This document shows positions 57,838 to 64,000 of a stretch of 64,000 nucleotides of DNA, in pieces. The notes below the pieces were generated by a model. The model saw nothing but the letters and a program-made list of their open reading frames with translations, was not told where the DNA came from and did not search any database. The stretch's first letter is position 1, and each line of letters starts with the position of its first letter. Position numbers and translations under genes: made by a program. The stretch is taken from contig JALHPC010000006.1 of NCBI GenBank assembly GCA_022842685.1, forward strand, positions 26,053-90,052, in the 5' to 3' direction. Source of the stretch: Candidatus Kapaibacterium sp. (GTDB taxonomy: Bacteria > Bacteroidota > Ignavibacteria > Kapaibacteriales > Kapaibacteriaceae).

Positions 57838-60168
57838 GTGGAGTATCTGTTTCTGCTGGCAGTGCTCGTTGGCATTGCCGTGATTTCCATTGTCTTGCCA
57901 CTGTTGGCAATGAGCAAGGTTAGCTCGATGGAAGCACGCGTAACACGTTTATCGGCCGATCTGCTGGCCCTACAGGAGGCACTGCGCCACCGCGTAAAAC
58001 TCGAAACGGATGTGGAGCCGGCTGCAAGTGCACCAACGACAACTAGCCCTATACCAGTGCCCAAGGCGGTGGAACCGGTCACCACACCGGAACCCCACGA
58101 GGAACCTGCCGACCTGCCGCACGCTGTCCCTCCACCACCTTCGTTGCAGGCCACGAGCCAAACAACCACAACATCAACCACTGTATCGCTCGAGACGATC
58201 ATCGGCGGCAAGGTGTTAAGCCGCATAGGCGCAGTGGCCATCGTGCTTGGTGCCTTGTTCTTTTTTATGTGGGCTGTCGACAACAACCTGATTACCGAAG
58301 CGATGCGGGTTGCCATTGGCCTAGGCGCTGGCACAGCAGCCCTGGTAGGCGGAGCCACCTTGCGCAATCGCGGTCAGCACATCGTTGCCCAGGGAGTAGT
58401 TGCCATTGGCTCGTCGGTGCTCTACTTGTCTGTATATGCGGCATTCGTTTGGTACGCTTTGGTTCCACACCCTGTGGCCTATTTCGCCATGCTGTTTATC
58501 ACGCTCGTGTCGGCATGGCGCGCATACGTACATCATTCGCCCTTCCTTGCTGCTCTAGCGGCATGTACCGGCTTCGTAGTTCCGGCCATGCTACCCACCG
58601 ATCATCCTAGCACTGCGGGGTTGTTCATGCATGTGGTGTTCATCGACGCATTGGTGATTGCCACCATTGCACTTCGTCGCGCATGGCAGCCGCTCTACGT
58701 ACTGGCCTTTCTAGGCACATGCCTGTGGCAGTGGCTGTGGTACGTTTCGGTAGAGACCATCTCGGCCGAGCAACCTGTTGCGCCATTTATGGCAGCCGTT
58801 TTCGTTGCCATCACCCTTGCTCTTGTGCCCCTTCATCGCGCCCGGAACATCCACGATAACGCCGAGGTTGGAGCCACGTTATGGAGCATAGCCCTAATGC
58901 TGTTCTCGCTCTTCTTCCTATTTACCTTGCATGGGGCACCGACGTACATGGCCGATGCGGCCATGGTGCTCGTAGCGGCGACAATCTACGCTACCGGGTG
59001 GAGTACACGCAACGACGCAAGCCTTCAACACATTCGCGAGGCAACAAGTACGGCCGCGCTTGGGGCCTTGCTCACAACCATCTATGTTCACGATGCAGTG
59101 GCCGAACGCATTCTTGTTGCGGCGATAGCCACGATGGTTGCTACCTGGCTTTCGCTGCGCGATCGCACCGTGGGGCCTCGCATTGTGTCGGCCATAGTCC
59201 TTGTGCTTGCTTGCTGTTCGTTTATGCTTGCCCCGTCGGTGCTAGAAATGCAAGGGCGCCATATGGTTATGCCCTTTGTGAACATTCGATTTGCAGCAGC
59301 CGTCCTTACCGCAGCATCGCTGCTGCTGGTTATGTCGACACGTGCGCTAAAGGGCACGCTTGCGCAGGTGCTGGAGTTTGCTCAGTACCTACCTTTCACG
59401 TTTCTAGCGTTTGCGATTGCACTGGAAGTGCATCATTGGGTAGCTGGCATGGCCGACCGCTGGAGTGTTTCGGATTGGTATACAGCCAACCACTACTATT
59501 GGCTGGCAGATGTACTCCTGGCCGCCGTCTTCACGGTGATTGCAGCATTGCTGCCGGTACTGGCGCGAGCGAGGGAGCGCTTTCGCAACACCATAGGTGT
59601 TCACGCAGCAGCCATTCTCGGCATGCTTACGTTTCTGTTTCACGTCATCGACATCGACCCTTGGTCGGCCTACGTCTTCCTTACCAACGTACGTGTAGGC
59701 GCAGCAATCGCTATTGCTGTGGCCTTTGGGGTGGGCTGGATGGCAAGCCAAGGGCGAACGCAATATGGTGCCACCGCGAGGTGGATGGCCTGGGGATCGG
59801 TAGTTGCGATAACGTTCCTAACGGCGTCGTTCGAAGCGGCCGATCCATGGGGCATGCAGATGAGCGCGATGGCCAATAGTGGTTATTGGGATTTCGAACG
59901 ACACGCTACGCTGGAAAGCAGTCAAGGCCTGTCGGTGTCGGTCACATGGGTGGTATATGCAGCCATCCTGCTGGCTCTGGGTTTCGCCCGCCGTATCCGC
60001 CCTGTTCGGCTGATAGGCATTGCTGTGTTGGGTGTAGCGATTCTTAAGGTCTTTGTATTCGACTTGCAAGAGTTGGAAACACCCTATCGAATTCTGTCCT
60101 TTGTAGCTCTCGGACTCGTGCTACTCTCCGTTTCATTCTTTTACGGCCGCCTGCGCAAGTTCCTGTAG
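57838..60168 (+). CDS. Large polytopic membrane protein (DUF2339-like) with N-terminal TM, coiled coil and Pro/Thr-rich linker
   Basis: N-terminal TM + LSADLLALQEALRH coiled-coil + PTTTSPIPVPKAVEPVTTPEPHEEP linker, then more than 15 TM helices, the architecture typical of DUF2339. Confidence 0.4.
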   Translation: MEYLFLLAVLVGIAVISIVLPLLAMSKVSSMEARVTRLSADLLALQEALRHRVKLETDVEPAASAPTTTSPIPVPKAVEPVTTPEPHEEPADLPHAVPPPPSLQATSQTTTTSTTVSLETIIGGKVLSRIGAVAIVLGALFFFMWAVDNNLITEAMRVAIGLGAGTAALVGGATLRNRGQHIVAQGVVAIGSSVLYLSVYAAFVWYALVPHPVAYFAMLFITLVSAWRAYVHHSPFLAALAACTGFVVPAMLPTDHPSTAGLFMHVVFIDALVIATIALRRAWQPLYVLAFLGTCLWQWLWYVSVETISAEQPVAPFMAAVFVAITLALVPLHRARNIHDNAEVGATLWSIALMLFSLFFLFTLHGAPTYMADAAMVLVAATIYATGWSTRNDASLQHIREATSTAALGALLTTIYVHDAVAERILVAAIATMVATWLSLRDRTVGPRIVSAIVLVLACCSFMLAPSVLEMQGRHMVMPFVNIRFAAAVLTAASLLLVMSTRALKGTLAQVLEFAQYLPFTFLAFAIALEVHHWVAGMADRWSVSDWYTANHYYWLADVLLAAVFTVIAALLPVLARARERFRNTIGVHAAAILGMLTFLFHVIDIDPWSAYVFLTNVRVGAAIAIAVAFGVGWMASQGRTQYGATARWMAWGSVVAITFLTASFEAADPWGMQMSAMANSGYWDFERHATLESSQGLSVSVTWVVYAAILLALGFARRIRPVRLIGIAVLGVAILKVFVFDLQELETPYRILSFVALGLVLLSVSFFYGRLRKFL

Positions 60169-60196
60169 CGTAGCGCTTGCGGCGAACGGTGCCCCT

Positions 60197-62092
60197 TTAC
60201 CTGATGGTGGGGTTGTGGTTAAAGAAGCCCATGGGCATAAGTGAGAAGCCGGCATGTTCTACGGGCATGATGGGCCAGTCTTCGGGGCGAGTAACGTGGG
60301 TGACGCCAAAGGTGTACCATACCACAACGTCGCGATTGCGGATGGATTCGTTATCGGCTACGTAGCGTGGCAGGCCTTCGCCGGATGACGATTGGTTGGG
60401 ATAAGGGCCTGCGGCGTAGAGTTCGTTGTCGTTATGGCGCGTAACCCATAGTGAATGGTCGATGAAGGCAGCTCGCTTTCGCGGGGCTGCCTCGGGCTTA
60501 AGGAATGGCTGGGCATTGATTCCTGGAACAAGGCAATAGGCCGTAGGCATGCCAAAGGAGTTTGTTGTGGAGGCATGTTGAATGTTCCACCTACGTGCAG
60601 CCGACGGCTTTACAGAGGAGCGTGCTTCGTGTTCGAAGCGAAACTCCCAATCGTCGATCATCATTGCATTCAGTGAGCGGTTTTCCTGACCGGCAGGGGG
60701 CGACCAGATGTCGAGCTCGTGCACTGAATTTTCGGGGCCGTCGACGTCGAGGTCGAGACGCACACTAAAGAAGTGCTGATGGAAGGGCGCCAAGAGGCGC
60801 GGCTGAATCATGTGCGACGTCTTGCGGCTGTCGAGGTTTTGCGACCAGACTGTGTCGCCTGTTCCCTTTGCGAGCATAACTCCGGTGAGGGCAACATCAA
60901 ACTTGATGGTACCATCTTGGGCGAAGATCCACGAAATCATGTAGTCGTAGTTGCCTACGGTGGCGCAATGCTGGATGGTGAATTCGGTGCCGGACTTTGA
61001 GGAGACGACGTCGGTTTCGAGGTTCACATGGCGCCACAAAAGACCCGACGGTTTTTCGTACCACGCTACAGCGTCTGGGATGTTGATGGGGTTGCCAGCT
61101 CTGTCAACAATCACGATGGGGGCAGTCGAGGCATTTGCCGGAACATCGAGGCCCCGTGTTAGCGGACGAGACGAAAGTCCCACGCCGTATTCACCGGCGT
61201 CGAACGCAGTGCGCCACGTCCATGCCGCCGAGGTGTCACCATACGGCACAAACATCTCGGAGAGCGCCAACCGGTGTGCGACGGGCCTGCGGCGTCCGTT
61301 ATCGTTCCAAGCAACGTCATACAGCACCAGGCCGTCTTTAGGTTGTAGCACCCATCGAAATGACCAGTTATTCCACGAAACAAGCTGCTGGTCGCCCTTG
61401 GTGCGAAGTTGTGGCTTTACCTTTGGACGTTTGGATGCTTTGGGAAGGACAGCCGGATCGGCAACAGGCACGATGAACTTGTCGTGAACCTCCATGGCCT
61501 GTCGCGTCGACGTGTTCACAAGCATGTGAAGGCCTTCGATAGGGCGGTCGTAGCGCATTTCGCCATTTGATCGAACAAAGAAGATGCACCGAACGAGGCG
61601 TCCGGGGAATGACGATCGCGGAACACCGGAGGCCCATGGTTCTACGACGACCGAGTCGATGGGAATGCCTCGACGTTCGAGTGCTCTGCGAAAGAGCACG
61701 TTACGGTGCACGATCGCCTGGATAGTATCAAACTCGAACGGGCTAATTAGGGGCTGCACGTCGTCGAGACGTTTGAACTCCGTGACCGTTCGACGTGCCG
61801 GGTCGACGCTGATTTCGTACGTAATGCGTTGTTGCGGGTCGTAGCATACGCATTGCACTTCTTGGCGGATGGAATCTGCGCTTCGGATGTAGACCGCCTT
61901 ATCGGGCTCTCGAACGCCAACACTCTGGAACTGAAGGGTGGCTGGTGTACGCGAATCGGAACGGATGACGGATACAGCTGTCGCCACGTCGACTACCGTT
62001 GGCTGCGCCAACGGATGCCTAGGCGTTTGCGTGCGCGGCTGCGCAGTAGCTACAACGGTTGCAACGAGAAAGAAAAGCCAGATGGACGTCAT
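60197..62092 (-). CDS. Copper amine oxidase (TPQ-dependent), secreted
   Basis: TPQ consensus TVGNYDY. His ligands HQHFF (HxH) and a downstream His. Signal MTSIWLFFLVATVVATAQ. Confidence 0.8.
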   Translation of the reverse strand: MTSIWLFFLVATVVATAQPRTQTPRHPLAQPTVVDVATAVSVIRSDSRTPATLQFQSVGVREPDKAVYIRSADSIRQEVQCVCYDPQQRITYEISVDPARRTVTEFKRLDDVQPLISPFEFDTIQAIVHRNVLFRRALERRGIPIDSVVVEPWASGVPRSSFPGRLVRCIFFVRSNGEMRYDRPIEGLHMLVNTSTRQAMEVHDKFIVPVADPAVLPKASKRPKVKPQLRTKGDQQLVSWNNWSFRWVLQPKDGLVLYDVAWNDNGRRRPVAHRLALSEMFVPYGDTSAAWTWRTAFDAGEYGVGLSSRPLTRGLDVPANASTAPIVIVDRAGNPINIPDAVAWYEKPSGLLWRHVNLETDVVSSKSGTEFTIQHCATVGNYDYMISWIFAQDGTIKFDVALTGVMLAKGTGDTVWSQNLDSRKTSHMIQPRLLAPFHQHFFSVRLDLDVDGPENSVHELDIWSPPAGQENRSLNAMMIDDWEFRFEHEARSSVKPSAARRWNIQHASTTNSFGMPTAYCLVPGINAQPFLKPEAAPRKRAAFIDHSLWVTRHNDNELYAAGPYPNQSSSGEGLPRYVADNESIRNRDVVVWYTFGVTHVTRPEDWPIMPVEHAGFSLMPMGFFNHNPTIR

Positions 62093-63996
62093 CGTTGAAT
62101 CACAATCGGTACACGACGAACGGTCGTACCGTTGTGAATCACGGCGCTGTACGCGCCGGTTGGGACATGGTGAACCGGGACGGACAGCGACGTGTTGCCG
62201 ATGGGGACATCGGCTACGACGACGGCTTGACCAATCGCCGAAATTATCGATATTCTTGTTCCTGTGGAGGCAGGGCTGGGCAACGTAACCGTAACAACCG
62301 ACGACGCCGGGACGGGATAGACTGTCGACATACCGCGGTGGACATCATCGTCAACCGACACCGGCGTTCCAATGCCAAGCAGAATCACTTCGCGATCACG
62401 CCGGTGATTTCCCACGGGATGAACAACGGCAATCTTCCCTTCGCCAAGCGAGTTGGGTTCAAACCAGATGCGGATTAGAGCAGTACCTGAGGGCGGAATC
62501 ACAAGGGGGAATTGCGACTCTTCGATGTGGTACTCGTCGGCATTCAGACCGGTAATCGTAACGCCGGTAATCGTAACCTCGAATGCCGACGGGTTAACCA
62601 GTGGAATGTCGACGGCAACGCGCGACCCCACCGCCGCCTCGATTTCAACCAAGTCCTGTTCGAATCGAATGTCGGGATATGATGGGTTGATTACAACGGA
62701 ATATATCCGTTCAACTGGCGGCGTAACTGCCTTGAAGCGCATCGACACGGTGTGGGGAGCGTCGACAGCAGGAATGATGCGCAGAGCATGGGGACATGGG
62801 ATTTGTGGAGCAATCCACGTACTGCCGTTGAATCGCCAATTGACGATAGCATCGGGATAGTCACCATGAGTGTGGAATTCGGTGAGTTCGGCCATAGCAT
62901 CGCCGCTGTTGTAGAGCCACATCGTGTGATACAGTGTATCGCCAACGGTGGCATAAATTGTGTCTGGCTGCGGCTGTTCATCAAACATCGCAATTGCATC
63001 GGCCGGTAGCGGAAGAATCTCGTAGATATGATCATCGGATGGCTTTGGATAGCCGAAGGATGCTCTTCCGTCGCGATTACTGGTACATAAAAGAATGCGA
63101 CCGTTGCGCGTTACCATGATGTCACGAATTCGACCAAACGCATGAGCGAAGTAATTCCGTGACGACGTAGCCGTATCACTATCGCGGTCGAAATGTACAA
63201 CGGTAAAGGTTGCGTCTTTGAGCGAACCAACCAGCAGGGAGCGATTCCACTGTGGGAACTGGTTTCCCGTGTAATAGGCAACAGGACCAACGCCGTAGGT
63301 TTTGCGGCCGGTAGTCCAGAAGGCATCTATGGCTCCAGTAGAGTCTTTAAACGCACGTTGTTCGGGGGTTGAAGCCCGTCCTTCTACGTTTGGCCAGCCG
63401 TAGTTTCCACCTTTAACGATTTTGTTTACTTCGTCATCGGTATCTGGACCATGTTCGGAGGTAAAAATCCGTCCATCCGGCAGGATGGTCATTCCTTGTG
63501 GGTTACGAAGCCCCTTAGCCCAAATTGGAGAGCCGGGATATGGATTATCGTTGGGGATAGAGCCGTCTTGATTGATACGCAGAACCTTTCCGAGCCAGGA
63601 TGATGTATCCTGAGGTGTCGAGCCGCGAGTTGCATCACCTGTGCACATATAGATGGTGGTATCGTGACCAAAAAGGACCCGGGCACCAGCATGCGAGCTA
63701 TACGACGATGGGATAGTAAGAAGTGCTATCTCATCGACTAAGGAATCACCATTGAACGTGTAGCGGTTAAGGTGTTGGCTCCAGGGCCAATCGCGTTCAA
63801 CGTGGATAGCGTAGACGTAGGGTGAGTCTGGGAATGCAGGATGGATGGTTAGGCCAAGCATACCTGATTCAGGGCCATTGAGCACGCGCGGCTCGATATC
63901 GAGCATTACGGATCTATCGCCAGTTGATGGGTCCAGACGTAGGATTCTCCCAGGACGTTCGGTAATCCAGAGTTGACCGGAGGGGTCTTCGACCAT
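62089..63996 (-). CDS. PQQ-dependent soluble sugar dehydrogenase (glucose/sorbosone dehydrogenase family) with T9SS C-terminal domain; N-terminus probably lies beyond the window end
   Basis: RGLRNPQGMTILPDGRIFTSEHGPDTDDEVNKIVKGGNYGWP. C-terminal ...GAYSAVIHNGTTVRRVPIVIQR CTD-like. The ORF reaches the window edge. Confidence 0.7.
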   Translation of the reverse strand: MVEDPSGQLWITERPGRILRLDPSTGDRSVMLDIEPRVLNGPESGMLGLTIHPAFPDSPYVYAIHVERDWPWSQHLNRYTFNGDSLVDEIALLTIPSSYSSHAGARVLFGHDTTIYMCTGDATRGSTPQDTSSWLGKVLRINQDGSIPNDNPYPGSPIWAKGLRNPQGMTILPDGRIFTSEHGPDTDDEVNKIVKGGNYGWPNVEGRASTPEQRAFKDSTGAIDAFWTTGRKTYGVGPVAYYTGNQFPQWNRSLLVGSLKDATFTVVHFDRDSDTATSSRNYFAHAFGRIRDIMVTRNGRILLCTSNRDGRASFGYPKPSDDHIYEILPLPADAIAMFDEQPQPDTIYATVGDTLYHTMWLYNSGDAMAELTEFHTHGDYPDAIVNWRFNGSTWIAPQIPCPHALRIIPAVDAPHTVSMRFKAVTPPVERIYSVVINPSYPDIRFEQDLVEIEAAVGSRVAVDIPLVNPSAFEVTITGVTITGLNADEYHIEESQFPLVIPPSGTALIRIWFEPNSLGEGKIAVVHPVGNHRRDREVILLGIGTPVSVDDDVHRGMSTVYPVPASSVVTVTLPSPASTGTRISIISAIGQAVVVADVPIGNTSLSVPVHHVPTGAYSAVIHNGTTVRRVPIVIQR

Positions 63997-64000
63997 ACCC

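Noticed and set aside
58881-59879. 332-aa alternate-frame ORF inside the DUF2339 membrane protein gene; also 44801..45640 inside the transglutaminase gene and 50600..51151 inside the HAD gene
   Set aside because: These are same-region alternate frames rich in Arg/Cys/His with no domain signatures. The primary frames have coherent TM or motif patterns.
1-64000. tRNA/rRNA genes, transposases, integrases, restriction-modification or toxin-antitoxin genes
   Set aside because: Non-coding gaps are all under 200 bp apart from the repeat array. No T-psi-C-like GGTTCGAATCC motifs occur in gaps. No ORF shows transposase/integrase/Cas or other defence-system motifs.

Overview
This 64 kb window is high-GC (about 60-65%) and densely coding, apparently from an FCB-group bacterium (Bacteroidota/Rhodothermota-like). 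Evidence for that: several proteins end in T9SS C-terminal sorting domains, there are DUF4397 and LVIVD lipoproteins and SBBP repeats, RF1 carries 'GGQNVNKVET', and the RDD/SpoIIM/DUF4129/DUF4350/MoxR/DUF58 operon is present. I call about 60 protein genes. All product assignments come from reading motifs in the supplied translations, since I had no search tools. No rRNA, tRNA, CRISPR array, transposase or integrase is visible.

Recognisable housekeeping genes include kefG-kefB, csaA, tal, prfA, nusB, a Leu/Val dehydrogenase, fbp, Fe/Mn-SOD, purC, a SEDS RodA/FtsW, pdxA, miaB, pccB and crtI.

The structures most worth a second look are:
1. A roughly 300 bp intergenic array of about 18 copies of a 17-bp unit (GCACGTCCCTGTGCGAA) with an internal GCAC-N6-GTGC palindrome.
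2. A second short 13-bp tandem array whose core (ACGTCCC[T]GTGC, opposite strand) matches the first.
3. A cell-surface locus with two paralogous secreted proteins flanking prfA, one fused to a C-terminal beta-barrel, next to a T9SS-CTD protein and a DUF4397 lipoprotein.
4. A long minus-strand unit joining the conserved uncharacterised MoxR/DUF58 operon to a CcmB-like permease and a four-gene phosphoesterase/outer-membrane-protein operon, with ATGA-type overlaps throughout.
5. A 39-aa Cys-rich peptide gene with a textbook Shine-Dalgarno and terminator.
6. A signal-less BtuF/TroA-fold protein translationally coupled to thiamine pyrophosphokinase.

Many long ORFs in the six-frame track are antisense or alternate-frame artefacts of the high GC content, and I rejected them.
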